A stretch of 64,000 nt of DNA from Kudoa neothunni (GCA_964304625.1 OZ199840.1:115795-179794), one strand, 5' to 3'; counted from the first letter of the stretch, positions 38,531 through 54,083 are shown. The notes: generated by a model not told the origin, from the sequence alone. Numbers and translations are program-made.

Positions 38531-39186
38531 CGTCATAAAATAATCGAAAAGTTGTTACGACCAAGATTGAAAACGAAATTATTATCCTCCAATATTGATC
38601 TAGCAATCACCTAAATGCTTCAGGTATAGTTGAGGGAATATTAGAAATCATATTTCTCACTCAGAACCGATAAAATATCTATTGCATCAATTTAAATCGT
38701 TATTCAGCCTACAAATATAAGATTTAATTTAAATACAATTTATTTTTAGAATTAAATACAGATATCGTTCGTCAATATCCAATTAATTGTTTCTAAAAAC
38801 AAACACGTTCTTAAACGACCGATATATTTAGATTTTCTCAGAGCGAAGATCCGTTTGGACGAAAAAATTTAAAATTCTGACTTTTTTCCAAAATCTTAAA
38901 ATTAAAATTTCGCTTGTTTTTATTCGTAACAATTTTTTTTCGTGTGAAACAACACGAACGAAACTCACGAATATGTCACCCCTGGATTATACTGCAAGTG
39001 AAAATTATTTGAATATAATACTTTTGATTTGACGTAATTTTAGAGTTTAAATGACTTTTATAAATTCTTATTTATGCTTTTAAATTAAAAATTCGAATTA
39101 AAAAAAGATAAACATTTTGGTAGATTAATTTTAATACGACCCCGCTTTAAAGTTAGGGTATGTCTGTTTGGCCCGTCACTCCGAAT

Positions 39187-39201
39187 GGTTGCCGACCCCT
39201 G
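39187..39201 (-). mobile_element. Solo hAT (Charlie-type) terminal inverted repeat
   Basis: Reverse complement CAGGGGTCGGCAACC resembles hAT/Charlie termini. No partner end was found. Confidence 0.45.
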
Positions 39202-42200
39202 TTGAAGAGCCATGGAGCATGATTCGTTTAATGACTAGCAACATTTTTATTTAGTCTTTATAAAAACGTAAAATTATTAATCTTCAGATAATAAAAGTAA
39301 AGGTGTAGATGTTTTCATTTAATATTTATTAGTTTAATTTTATTTTATTTCACTCTAATTTCGTATGCTCATATCATAAATATTTATTTAATAAATTGTT
39401 ACAATGTTTTCAAACATTAATGACATTACATCGAACCGATATAAAGTTTATTTGAGATTACATTAACGTATAAAATAGACGAACGATTATTAATTTAGAA
39501 ATGTTAACCAGAAAGCTACATTTTATGAATATAATAAGTTGAAATAAAACCGATACTCTCATTTATTACATTTTAGTTTACTTTAATTAATTTCTCATAA
39601 TATAAAATAAATTTGAATATTTCTTTGGGGAATAAGTATTTATTTGAATGACTTCGGCTGCCTGAAATATATTATTTTAGATTGAAATGTTCTATAAGTA
39701 TGTAATTAAAGTATAGCATTCAAAAATCTTCATTAACGCATTTTTAACGCGTAAATACTTCTATCAAATTATTATTAACATGAATATATTTATAATTTAC
39801 AAAAAAATTCAAACTACTATTTAACAGACAAAAAAATCCAGTTATTATTATATTTTATTAACTAATAGTTTTAAAGGTCGGTCTTAACAAGATCTATCAG
39901 AAATTCCACATATTCATCCATTTATATGTATTTCGATTTGAAGTTCAGGAATTTTCTTTCATTCCGTATGTCAAAAACGAAAAAGAATGAAAACTAGAAA
40001 TAATCAGAGATGTAACCATAGGATAGATTTACCTTGAGACAATTACAATAACCATAACAAAATACAAGATATAATGAATTTTTCTAAACTTTCTGAAATT
40101 ATTTATTAATTCTGCGATCCATATTCCTAAATAATAAATCCAAAAATGCCGTAAACAATGTTAAACCAGTTATGATAGACGAGAGATGATAGCAAGGTAT
40201 GTAATGATGGAAATAAAGAACTCGACTCATAAAGAAGTATGGCGCGTAATTGAATATCCAAAACGCGTATATTGGCCAAGATTTACGAATCGGTGAATCT
40301 AAAAATTACTGAATTCTTTTTATAAATTAATCAATTTACCATCCCAAACGTTCGTGTTATGATTTATCTCAGTGCTTCGTAAGAACTGAATTTTTTTGAA
40401 AAGGAAACTAATAGGATACATCGCAACTATAATAGCACAATTTATCCGCCACAGCACCTAAGTTTTACGAAAAATAATTGGTGATATATTTATTTATTTT
40501 TATATGAAAAATTCACTGGATTTCCAAGAAGAATAATCTTGAAATCTGCCACAGAAGACATTGAAGCTCCCTAAGATAAAATAAGGCGAAAATGTGATCA
40601 AAGATTACCCTAGCGCTTATTAGCCATTCCAAAGGATGAATTGGCACTTCATCAATCCTGGCAGTCAACTTATTGTTCATCTAGTTTTATTATGTTTAGA
40701 ATGACTACTTAATCTCTGGCCGAAATACGTCAAATGCAACTTTATGGTACTCTATTAATTTCGAAAAAAAGTTTGGTTTGATAATCTTCTCGATATCGGT
40801 GTTGGGATCTATATTCTTTCGTTTAGATAAAAAAATAAGTCAAATACATTTTGGATTGTAGTTGTCGGAGAATGTCCAGCAACTCTGTGGATGATGATGT
40901 TCAAAGTTACAAACAACTTCATGGTCACTTTTTCCACTATTTGAATCAAATTAGAAGATTTTTAAAAATTAAAATGATATTACAGATAATGAACCCTTTC
41001 AAGAGTTTGCATCAGATCGCAGTTTAGTTTGTGATGTCTAAGAGCGACTTGCGATGAAAATGGAATAAGACCTCCATTTTTGTGACCATTCTTTAGAACA
41101 ACCACGTTCCATAATTCATAAAATGGCAATTTATTCTAAAATGGTATACATTTCAAACGAATATTTAGTTTAAAAAATATAAATTAATTATTTGAATATT
41201 TATGATTCTAGTTTTATGTGGATTATTCCCAGAAATTCTTAAATATATTAATTATATGGCATTACGTAAACAAAAATGCTACAAAGGGATTGTTTAGGGG
41301 TTCTCGATTACGTCTTCGCTGCTAAAAATTACTCCCTATGTAGACAAATATTTATGAAACTTTTATGGTTCGTAATATTTCAAAAACTTATTTATTTATT
41401 TGCCATCAAATATCACAAACTACTAAGAAAATGGAGGTTTTACCGATTTTAAAGCTATGTAATCAATTATAATATTAAAATTTAATATTTCAGAATAATA
41501 CTTTAGGGAGAAACTATTCGCAGGGAAAACTTTAATCCTAAACGGCATGTCCACAGGCGCAATAAGAACTTTTAATGATATTTTCTTCACTGATTCTTGA
41601 TGTTATCGGTTTATTAAAACTCCACATAATACCATTTAACCGATATTTGGGTCTTCAGTATTACCACATTCCACCAATTCAGTCGACGTTTCGGATGATT
41701 CCGTATAGTTTTCTTCAAATTCACTTCCCAAAGATTGAAATCCATTAATACACTCATCAGTTTCGCTCATATTTTATACAGGAAAAGCGGGTTCGCGTGG
41801 CATTATTTGAGCAGTATAACAATATGCTCATGAACAATCATTTAAAATATTAAATTGAATATTTTCATCAAAAAACATTAATCATTAGGTCAATTCACTC
41901 GAATTCTTCATTTCTTAAAAATTTAAGATTATTCTGCAACGGTTTTATACAACGATTAATTGTGATCCAATTCGACATAGTGCCGATGAGACTATAACGG
42001 ATTAATAACACAAATATTCGGTTTTTTCTTCAAATTTAAACGACAGTAATTTTTTAAGCTGAATCAAATAATATATCTATATTTACTAAGTTGATTCATC
42101 AAATAAAAAACTGGGATCTTCTGGACCGTAAATGTCCTTGGAGGTTGGTCGTTCTCGCCGACCTTAGAGACAAACATTTAAGTACATCTTTTTCTGATAT

Positions 42201-44253
42201 AAATTATACCGCTCCTAAATATTCGGTTTCAAAATTAGAAAACTAAACAATGAAAGCAGTAAGCTCGTCAAAGTGTTTTGATGTAGGTATAATGGGTTCC
42301 TCTTGAATCATCTCAAAATTTCAAGCGGAAAATTTTTTATTGTTTAAATTAATATTTAATGGTCTATTGCATTTATCGACTCCAGGAAACTCATATTTTC
42401 TGAAGCAGGTAAATAAAATATCCTTTGAAACGCCGTCTCATGATTTTTAAGAGCAATGTTTGAAGCAATTCTTGGGAGGAGGTATTTATATCATTGCTAA
42501 CTGCAGAAATATGGCTTTATATTTAATTATTTTTGTAGCTTGATTTGAATAGGAAAATGATTGCATGGTCTAATAGTTGAAAAACGCTAGTTGGATTTTT
42601 TGTAAGGAATATAAGAGAGATATTGGAAAAATGAATTTCGGCGTGTTAATTAGCATTATTAAGAGGTAGTAAAACTTACTTGTACTTTCTTCTGAATACA
42701 TTGTCAAAATTAGAAAGATATTTGTTAAATGTCTCCTTAGTCATCCATTTTTTCCTGTTTGATTTATATTTTATTAGAAATGTTTTATTTAGCATTTTTA
42801 AAAATAACGTAATTTTTGTGATTTCCAATCACAAGAGATTCAATGAAACCTCCAGGCATAAATGCATGCCTCAAACAGTAATTATTTTTTAGCTTTTTTT
42901 TCTCACAAAACATGGCTTTAAAAATAATGGACCTCTATATTGTTAGTAAAATAATGCAGTTTCGTTAAGATTATAGACACAACCATCGTTGTTATCTCTG
43001 ACTTAGTCATTCAATTTAGATTACCAATTTTCTACAAAACTTTAATCAACGTAAGTAGCATCACTATGGGCAATGATATTTTTAAATTCCATCGTGATTT
43101 AAAACCCAGAAATAAATCATGGGTCATTACTACGCTTTGGTTCAATTCTTTTGTCAATCGAATCCTTTAATGTATATCATAGGCAGATAATTCAATTTTT
43201 TTCTCTCAAGTAATCCTCCCAGCCATATATTAAAGTATCAATGTCGTGATTTGAATACCGTTTAAAATTTTTTCTCTCTCCAGAAACCAAGCTAATTTAT
43301 AAGATAAAACTATATCTTTCTTCCCAATCAAGATGATATCTAGAGTAGAAATAGAAGGAAGTTTAAATTGACAAAAAGTAGTATTTTTTTCACTCCTGTT
43401 TAGAATACTTTAATAAAGTAAATAAATTTATATTTTAGTTTTATTATTTCATCTTTTTTAAATTTTCCAGATATTATAAATGTAAAAAAGGTACATCACT
43501 TAATCTGTCTATAGCTGAAAAGTTACGGAAAATCGGTTTAGCGCTAATAATAGGAAAATACTATTTCAAAATATTCAATTTTTGTAAATTATTTTTAAAT
43601 CCAAATAATAAAATATACGGTTTAAAATATTAAAACAATATATCAATGGAAGAAAGTCCGAAGTTACCAAAAATCGGTTACTATGGAAAATCAGTTACCA
43701 ACTGTATAGTCATAACTAATGTCACCTGAATATTATTTACAATGTCAATAGTCACTTCCAATATTTTATTGAAATTAGCATTCCATCTATTATGCTTTTA
43801 TCAACATATTGTTAAACGATTTCATGCATCTATTTATCTATATATTAGTTTTTTGAAAAAATTCATTTTTAATACAAGGACTTATTGATATATTTGGTCG
43901 GATATGTACACTTTAAAAATTCTATTAATGGTTTAAAATGTGACGAAAAGTCCATAATTGTGTAAATATTGATTAATGTGTAGTGAATTTTATAATCAGA
44001 TGTATTAAAGCCCAATGCTATGATATTTTGTTTATTTCGTTGAAATCTCCCATTAAATGTAATTTTCAACAATAAATTCAATAACGACGTAGCGCTTGCG
44101 TTATATAATTATTTAAATTTTTTAAGTTGACATTAAGGGTATGCACACATATTATTGGAGAATAGTGTAGCAATAATTTTACCGAACGGAAGGATATAAA
44201 TTTGACTAATACAAATTAATTGTCATTAGTTTTATTATGGCTATATAGTTTAA

Positions 44254-46943
44254 CCCTCGAATACCTGGAGTGGACCACGCTGGTCCACGATAGACAAAAT
44301 TTGTAATATCTTTTTTCACACGTATTTTTAAACCTTTTTATGTATTCCAATTTTATGCTGTGAATATTCTTTATTACATTATAAAATAATAGACCTTTAA
44401 ATTTTGAGAATTTTTGAAGAAATAAGTAAATAAAAAAAGTTACGTAAATACCTGTGATGGACAATTTCGGTCCACGTGTAATTGTTAACGAAATTAATGT
44501 TTTGTACTATAATTACATCATTCTAAATTTAATATTATATTTCGTAAGAAATTTAAAATATTCTAAAACAATTTATGATTAATAATATGTTTAATGAAAG
44601 ATTTATATCGAATTTATTTTATGATAAGTTTGAACGCACAACGAGAATTTGCTTAAAAAATGAATTCTGGCGGAGAACATATACTTTTTTAAAAGGATTA
44701 TGAAAGTTCTGACAATACACCATAAATTAAAAGTGGTTTAGAGGACTTGGGTGAAATAATTAATGAGCCAGTCAGTAATGGCGACGTTGATGATGCTTAC
44801 GATAACGATGCTAACATTGAAGATATGACCTATGTCTCTTTAGTTGTCTCTCAAGTTAGAGAAACATGGCATAACTTCCGACTAGATTTGAAAGGAGGTT
44901 TAAAAAGTAAAATATTTTTAATGTAAAAACGGAATTTAAAAAAAAATCTTTCCAGAATGGCCGAACTCCCATGAGGTCTTTTAATAATTTATTGACCAAT
45001 AAAATGTTGGAAAAGATCCAATATTGTAACAAAACATTTATTGAACAAGAAAAAACCTACTGCGAAAAAGATAAATATGGCCTAGTTGAAAGTTTTTTTC
45101 GGAGCTATCATTAATTGGCGTAATGAAAGGCTAAAATGAAAAAATTCGATAATTTTCAACTGAAAAATATGGCCTTCAATCGCTTATTGCAAAAATTACA
45201 AGAAATCGCTTTGAAGATTTTGCAGCTTGTCTCAGATTCGACAAGGGAAGAACCAGGGTTAGAGAGGGTAAACATTCCCCCATCAGATATATATTTGATG
45301 AGTTTATAAATACGTATAAAGAAAGTTACAACCCATCTCCCCCTTTGACTGTGGATGAACAGCTTGTCACATTCAGAGGTCGCTTCCCCTTCAAAATGTT
45401 CATTCCTTCTAAGCCTAGCAAGTATGGGATAAAAATATGGGCGTTGTGTGATGCAACAAACGCACATCTATGCAATGCAAAGATATATATTGACAAAGAG
45501 AACGGCGTTGTTGAAACCAACCAAGATGAAAATATAGTAGAGCATCTAATTACACCTTATTTAAAATAATGTCGTGACGTTACCACTAACAATTTTTTTA
45601 CCACACTGTCACATGCGAGATACCTAATGTATCACAAAACAATAATTGTGGTAACTGTTCGTAAAAATAAAAAATTTTTCATCCCAGAATTTTAATCATC
45701 AAAAGGAATACCAGACGATATGAAATTTTTATTTCAGGATAAATTTACCTCGATAAAATACAATCTCAAAAAAAAATAGATCCGTGGGTACTTTTAAGTT
45801 CTATACATCGAGGTTGTGATATTGACCATGAGTGGAAAAAACCGGAGATCATAAATTATTACTACCAAACTAAAGGAGGGGGTGGATACGCTCGACCAAA
45901 TTGCCCCCTGCTATTCCCCAAAAAGAGCCACCCGTCGTTGCCCAATGGCAATTTTATTTAACATTATCGATATGGCCTCCTATAATGCGTATCTTTTGTA
46001 TGTTTATCGAAACCCGCAATTCAAAAATGCTCATAAAAAACGATCCCGAAGAGAGTTTTTAAAAATGTTAGCGGAAGAATTGTTCGAAAACGATGGCATG
46101 CATTTTAAAACCATCCAAATAAAAAGGAAGGAACCTACATCTGGAAGAGAAAGATGCCAAATTTTCTCAATAAACAAGTAAAAAACCACGACAATTTGTT
46201 CAAGTTGCAACAGATTTTTCTGCAAAACTCACAGAATTGAAAATACAGGATGCGATGTGTGTAACAAAAAATAAAATAAATTGTATTATTTATATATTTA
46301 ATTTCACAATATTTTTATCCGAAATTAAATTTTTACATTAAATTTGAGTATATCCGCAAAATATATCATATAGTGTAATTTACCTATTTAGATTTTAGAC
46401 GAAACGATTAGAATTAATGTCATTATAATGAGATGGTATAGATAGTTTGAACATGAATCTCAGTTTCATATTGTAAAGTATTAAATTTTTTTAAAGTTAA
46501 ATTATCGTTTGTAATCACAAACAAAAACATTTAATGATTATATGTTTATTATAATGGTTTTTTTCCAATACATTAAAACACCATTTAAATTAAACCGCTA
46601 ATTACACTCATAAAATAACAATTATGAAAATGATAAACTTATTTTAAGTATAAAAATTATATAGGCTAAAGTTATTTTGGCTCATTTTTACGATATCGAT
46701 TTTATATAAGTTTATATTTGCAAATTATTTATTTTTTTTATGCGTGCGTGCGTCAAAGAATTTGATTTTAATGTTTTAATTCAAATGTTCTTTCCTTTTT
46801 TGTAACTTAACAAAAAGCTATTGGGTTGTTTTATTTATCTTCATAATTAAATAGTTTCAAATATAATTATGCTATGACTAAATTCATAATACCATAGCGG
46901 TCCTCTTCAGGAATTCGTGTAACTTTTTCCAGGTATTCGAGCG
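44254..46943 (+). mobile_element. Decayed piggyBac element
   Basis: TTAA|CCCTCGAATACCTGGA ... TCCAGGTATTCGAGCG|TAAA. Motifs TVDEQLVTFRGR, PSKPSKYGIKIW, TKGGVDTLDQ and a Cys-rich tail. Many stops. Confidence 0.92.
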
Positions 46944-49599
46944 TAAATTAATTATTAGAATTAGAATTTTGCTATTTAAAATCGTTAAAATCGTTCAAAT
47001 TATGATAATTTAAATAAATTTTAGTTTAACTTCATCTGCGGGTTAATATAAAGGTTTTATATATATTTTTGAATAATTTAAAAGATTTTTCAATGAAAAA
47101 CATCTTCAATTTTAGGTAATAGTGAGAAAATTGGATTATTATTCCAATATTTATATAAAAATATTGAAATACACTCATTTGACTATTTCTTCAAAAAGAT
47201 TTCAATAATAACTTAAGAACGACAGTATTAATTAAATGAGAGTTAGTTACTTAAGAATCAATTATTAATAGTTATATTTCTTATACATATAAAATTACCG
47301 ATTCCGTCATGGAAACTCTTAATGTGTGAGATGTAATTGGTGCTTTGTATCCGATGGATATTAGACGTCGATTTGTTCTAATAATATTTTATTTACATGA
47401 AAAAAATAAAAAACCACATGTTATGATGAATTCTAATAAGATCGCCATCTTGAATCATGTCAGTTTTTGAGCCGGAAAACTTTTCAATGCGCCAAAAGGC
47501 AGAATCTTGTTTTTTAAAGATATTTGTCACCTACGTAAAAATATAATTAAACGAATTTCGAAATTTCAAGGCATCCTTTACCGCGTAGTCATCGGTAGCA
47601 TTATTTTTCAAATATGTTGTATTTTTTCCATTCAGAAATAACTCATATGAAGAACATGGACTCATAGAAACAACACTATTATCCCCAACAACTATTTGGA
47701 TAATTTAGATGCGTATCAAATTTGAACTATCACATTGAGATATATTTTTTAACCTATTTTCAAAAATGTTGCCTTTTAATGTAGAAGAAAATGAATTGGA
47801 AAACTTCAGGTAGAATTGCCCACTAATTAATTTATTGATAATTAAAGTTTTGATATATTTGGAAACTTACTGATTATTGGTTATTTTAAATCTTAATCCA
47901 TTAATAGCACAATATACTGACAACGAGAGTATCAATAGATAGGAGACCCTCGTGATTATAAATTTGAATATTTTAACCTTTAGTTTCAATTAAATGAAAA
48001 ATAATTTATTACAAATTGTACCAAATTGTTGTTACGGTCACAAACCAACCACCACAAATCTGAACATGTTATTACTCCAATAGCTAATAACATGAATAGT
48101 CCACTTAATTTCACACTAAATTCAATCAGTAAAACCCAAATATTACATTTATTTCACCTTATACATAGACCAATACCAATACCAGTCATAACGAGTTCAT
48201 AAATCCCAGAGTAGATGTTTTTTGTATTGCTTTTCGGAAAATTAATACATATATTATCAATTTATTTCTAAAAGTACTATTTGTTTCTGTATCGCATGTA
48301 ATAATAAACAGTTAACAACATAAAAAATATGTGTGGAGAATCGAGAAGAACATATCTTGTGATTGTGCAGCTTGCAGTATCTAAAAATAACTAATGAAAA
48401 ATATAATACATTAATTACCGAAAATAACAAATAAAGTGCATAAAAATGACGTCATTGTTGATTTTGTAATTTCAAATGAAATTAAAAAGATCAAAATGAC
48501 AATCAATACGCCGATCAAACATGAAAACTAATCTAAATTATCAACTAACAACAACACTAAATCTACTTGTCGCAATGGAACATAGAAATCACTTGGATAC
48601 TTCATTCCTGGGGTTAAAAATGTAAAATTTCCATCATATCCAGTATACCATGCTACCCCCGCATACATCATCTAACAATTAAACTCTGATAATACCACAA
48701 AAATTAATTAACTAACAATTCCTAGAGGAGGGTGCACGTCCAAATAAAATTCCCTTTTAAGAAAACTGTTGATAAATTTTCCAAAATGTGTTTCATCCCA
48801 ACTAAATATAATGTTGTAATAAAAAGTTAATGTCAATTTTCTACCATATCCAGTCAGGTTCCTCCACTTTGTAGAATCTGGTCATTATAGCCATCAACAC
48901 CACAGCACTAATTGTTCCATAAAAAAATGTTTTATCAACTAATGCCATCTTTTTTGAACTTAAATTTATTTTTTTTATTTCTCACTATATAACAATATGA
49001 ACTTCTTCAATAATGAATAGTGTTAAAGTTCGAGATTTTTCGACACACTCAATCTTCTTTACAACAGGGACTCACTCCACTCGACTAATTTCATTCATAA
49101 CAAATTTTATTTATTTTAATTAATTTGTAAAATAACAAGATACTTGTAATTAGTTCTTAAAATGATTGAAAAAAATGTTATTTTGAACTCATTAATTTTA
49201 CAAATATTAAATAATAATTTTTCCTCGTAAAAATTGGATGTAATCTAAACCTTACCTCCTTCGGATGCTTTTTGAATTTCCGAAAGGAATAATAAATAAT
49301 TGTTTTTAATTATGATTTCTCTAATTTTTCGAAAATATTAAAATATTTTGTTATATAAAAATATTTAATACCGTTATCATTAATTAAAATGATAGTAATA
49401 TATTTAATAAATGACGACTAATTTATGTTTATTATATTTGCAGATTAAATTAGTTCGAATAAATACTCATTTTATTTGTAAAGTTTTATGACATAAGTTA
49501 TTAAATTAATATATCTAATTTTTACACTTTGTGCGCATGCGCAGACAGCATATTTAAACAATAAAGTAAATATAACGTCTCACATGATTGATGATTGTC

Positions 49600-50451
49600 T
49601 ATTATTTTGTTTTAAAATAGTTTTTAATTTTTAATATAATGTAATTTATTTCTTCCTCGAATGAAGAAATCTTAGAATATTGGTTAGATCCATGATGCAT
49701 AAAGTAAGCTTTTATCTTCGATAAAAAATCCAACGCTTCGCTTTATGTGGGTATTATATCGTTGTGAGATTCATTGTCCTCAACATGAATTGCTAACCGA
49801 TTTCCATATGGTATCAGCCTCGGTATCTTTGAAGATGTTGATGATATCTTCTTCCTCAATCATTTCTCTTATTTCATCCGTTAATGGACAAGAATAATCA
49901 TTCTGGATGTGGATCGGGCATTCATCAAATTCTTGAGGATTTTGCTGGAATTTTCGGGGAAAACCCCGACTTTTTTTAAAACAATTTTTAATTGTATCCA
50001 CGTTTAAATTATTCCATACCTCTCCAGTCATCAGTGTTGCGTCAAGAATGTCTGCAACTTTGGGTGTCACATCAGCTTCAACCGATGATATAAATTGTTT
50101 AATCATATTTTTTATAATGACATTTAAAAGCATGGATAATGCCCTGGTCTAGTAATCGAAGAACACTGGTTGTGTTTTTCGGGAAATATATTAACTGAAT
50201 GTTCGAAAGATTTAAGAAGGTGTAGCAGGTAGCAGTGTCGAGAAATATTACAATAGTTCCAACTTTGTTTCTAAAATGTGAATTCAATTCAACCATCTAA
50301 GACTTGGAAATTTGAATGGACATCCAGGCTTATTTATTGCCTCTAGAGGGTAACGATGATTTAATGTTTTTAAAACATTTGGGATTGTTGAATTTACCAA
50401 CTACTAAGGGGATCAATTTTTCGCCTGTCAATGACGCACCTAAAAGCAACG
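49600..50451 (-). mobile_element. 3' half of a pogo/Tigger-like transposase
   Basis: TLLLGASLTGEKLIPLVVGK, IFLDTATCY, YFPKNTTSVLRLLDQGIIHAFKCHY and DTIKNCFKKS. Confidence 0.85.
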
Positions 50452-50453
50452 TA

Positions 50454-52383
50454 CAGTAGTAGTAGTGCAGGGTTATTGCGTAGCAGGGGTACTACGCACT
50501 TTATGATATTATGGCACTGTGCCCTGATATAAATACACAGTGTTGTTATTTAAAGTAATAAACACTTAAAAATGTTTAATTGAGTGAAATTATTTTTGAA
50601 AATATGACTCAGAGTCAGAAAATTTGGCTGCATGCTTACTGCGCACAAAAAATCCCCCAATTCGATCCAACGACATGGTTAGTACGAAATTAAGAAATCT
50701 GAGAAAGTATCCATAGTTAGATAACAAAGTTAAAATAATAAACCATTATGATGATATAAAAAAGTTCAGTGGCTCAAAAGCTAAAACTGTTGAGAAATTT
50801 GAATTAAAATCGAAATCTTCGTTAAGCAGCATAATATTAAAAAAAAACAGTATTCTGAAAGATTATAACACCGGGAACCTCAAGAAAAGATAATTTCAAC
50901 GTTTTAGATTCTAAGGTTAAAGGGTGGATTGAGCTAGTGAAATCACCTAGTATCGAATTCTCTCAGGATGATGTAATTGAAAAGGTCTACATTTATTCAT
51001 ATGAAGTTAAAACACAATTAATAAGGTTGGTTTTAAGGATTTTCTTCGAGAGTTGGGTTGATAACAACAAGTTCATTGATGAATACAATAATGTTGTTCC
51101 TGAAATAATTTCCTCTTGGAAAGATCAACCGTTAGAGTTTATCAGAAATTATGATCCGAAAGATATTTTTCATATGGATGAAACTGGATTTTTTTGCCAG
51201 AAAAAAGATAAAATACCATTTAAATTTACATCTCTGAGAAATGTAATGTATGGTTATGCATTTGAAATGGAGGAGAATTTGCGCGGTTCTAAAAAATCCA
51301 AAGAGAAAGTAAAAATCGTTGCGATCTACTCGATGTCAGAATAAAGACTCGTATTAATAATTCGCAATCATGAAAAGCCTTGGTGTTTGCATATAATAAA
51401 AGGCCTCCCACTTCCCTATTAAACTAACAAGAAGACTTTATTTTTTAAAAATATCTGATGGTATAAAAGCTGAAACTTCTCAATGTAAGAGAAGAACCAT
51501 ATGATTTGGTAAAAATTTCCCAGTTCATCCCACACTAAATTTTTCAAATATTCAACTCTATTTTCCACAAAAGAAACAACCAGCGTATTGCAACAATTAG
51601 ATCAAGGAATTATTAATGGTTCTTAATACATGTACAAAAATAATCTGACGAATTATTTGATAAATAAAGTTACTGTTAATTCTGTTAGTATATTGATATC
51701 AATTTAAATAATGATCCACCAGATTTACTTGATGATATGTACATGATGAAAGAAGTGTGGAAATTAGTGAGTGAAGAAATAATCAAAACCTGTTTTAAAA
51801 AATCATTTTTGTTAATAATTGCAGATCAGGAGACATTATGCTTTCGATTGGGAGTAAATCCCTGGAAAAATCAAACTGAAGGTCGGGTTAATATAGAAGA
51901 AATTACTTCATTTAAAGGTCCAGAAGGTAAATATGTTAACTCAATAAATAATGAAGTCGTCGCAGTGAATAAATCGTTTACTGATGAAAATTATTAAAAA
52001 ACTAACAACACTAGTTCCATTGATGAGGTCATTGGGAATTTTAATAAATTAAGAGAAAATATTTTTGCTCGTGGTTTACCTGTGTTAGAAAATAAAACAA
52101 AATTGAACTTTTCCATCTGTAAAATAAGACACGGTTCGTAAAAGAATGATAAAATGGCTGACTGTTTAAAAAAATCCACATATTTTCGAATAATTATAAT
52201 GTATTTATTCGACATTTGTTGTTTTTCGTTTAACATTCAACTTTGTATGAATATCTCCTAGTTATCATTAATGTAAAAAAGAAAGTGTAACTTTTAAATA
52301 CAAAATATGACCGCGCGCGAGCTTGGATACTACGCACCTAAAAGGTTTATCCCAAAAAAGTGCGTAGTATCCCTGTACTATTG
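50454..52383 (+). mobile_element. Decayed pogo/Tigger-like element
   Basis: TA-flanked ends sharing CAGGG(G/A)TACTACGCACTTT in inverted orientation. Motifs YDPKDIFHMDETGFF, GSKKSKEKV, TTSVLQQLDQGII and IIKTCFKKS. Confidence 0.85.
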
Positions 52384-52389
52384 TATTTT

Positions 52390-53200
52390 CATTAAAATAA
52401 AAATTTCTTTAATGAATTAATTTCAGCTGAATCCTTATCAACAAAAATAACTTTTGTTATTTCTGTTTCTTCCATTCATTTACGAAACGAAGATATTACA
52501 TTATCAACCAAATTTTGAGTTTCATTTTTAACGAAAGCGAAGAAGTTTGATCGAGTTCGTCCATGAGAGTCAACTAATGCAAAGTTTTACAATGGATATT
52601 TTGTTTTGTTTACTTTGTAGGTTTCATCAATATGTAAAATTTCACCATAGTTAGCATAGTGACTGCATATTTTTCGTAGTGAAACAGAAAACGTTTAGTT
52701 GATCCGATTCTGCTTCTTTGTAGACGTTGAGCAAGAGTTGACCATCTTGTTTTTTAGAAAGGTGTTCCATAGAGAATGATTCTTGAGTATTCTTGTATAT
52801 GCGATGTTTCAGATTTCTAATTTGCTTTAAACTGAAAGGGATGTTCAAATCGGATTCAAGACTTTCTTTGCTCCTTTGTTATCTGCACCCCAATAAAAAC
52901 ACAATGTTAACGATCGTTTCATCTCATTCGATACATTTTGATTATATTGATAGAAGGATATGTCGTATTTTACGTGATTTCGAGTTATATTGTAATTAAG
53001 CACATATACCGCTTCGTTTTGAGTAGATATGGTAATAAATGCTGGACAAATTTTGATAACGAGGACTGAGGTGCAGATGTACTTTTTTTGAATGGTTAAC
53101 GTCGCCATGTGGGCAGATATATTTAATATATCCGCAAATTAATTTTTCTTCGTTATTATTAACATTATCCGACTGATTATCTTCATTTTTATATTCGATG
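52390..53200 (-). mobile_element. MULE-type transposase fragment
   Basis: Minus-strand YGEILHIDETYKVNKTKYPL..LVDSHGRTR..FAFVKNET..IFVDKDSAEINSL is the MULE DDE first-Asp region. An upstream C..CPAFI zinc-finger-like piece is also present. Confidence 0.75.
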
Positions 53201-54009
53201 CTCCTACCATTTCTGTAAGAGAAACCAGATCCTTAATTTTAGTGTAAGAACATAACATTTTATAACAGTACTTTAATACAATTATCAAGACATTGTTTCA
53301 TCTGGGTATACGAAGAAAATTGATTTTTAATAATCTGTGTACACTCCCCGCCATATTAATTTATTAAGACCGACTCCCTACCACTACACGTGAGCCCAAT
53401 AATAATATAAACAAATCGTCGCCAAATCATATTGTTAAATAAATTTCGTAATTTCAATTTTATATGTTGAACTTTATTTATCGATTTCAACTTACATTGT
53501 TGATTATAAGAGAAGACACTCGGTTGACTATTGTGAATTCTAACTGAAAATTCATTTTCATAAAATATAAATTATCTTTTTGTATAAATAAGGAAAAGAA
53601 TTCTTTTTCTGATAATTATCGCATTCTTAAATCATAAACCTTGTACATATACATCGACAATATGTTTCAAATAATGACAGTTAAGTTTTTTAATCTGTAA
53701 TCATTTTATGTACATAAATAATATCTAAAAAATATAATCCTATGACCATCGCGCGTGCACCGGTGTAGTGGAAAGAGACATCGTTAGGTAATGAGTAGTG
53801 AAAAGATAATGTTCATCCTTTTTCAATTATGCATAGAAAACTGAGTTAACCAAAAAATTTTAGTTTTAATTTATTTTAGAATTAATTCGGGAAATTCTCA
53901 AGTTAAAATATAAACTAAAATAGTACAGATTATAATTTTAAGACAGTTTTTATTGTTATTATTATTTTCACACTTCAATAAAAAGTATAATTGAGTCTTG
54001 ACATTCAAA

Positions 54010-54083
54010 TGAAGGAGGGGGTGCGAATTGAAGGTGGAAATTAGGATTGGGGAACGGGTGTAAAGTTAATAGGGAAACACTGC
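54010..54083 (-). mobile_element. hAT-like terminus (CAGTGTTTCCC...TCGCACCCC); related terminus in opposite orientation at about 63367-63430
   Basis: Similar terminal and subterminal motifs at both sites. They point away from each other, so they belong to separate elements. Confidence 0.45.
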
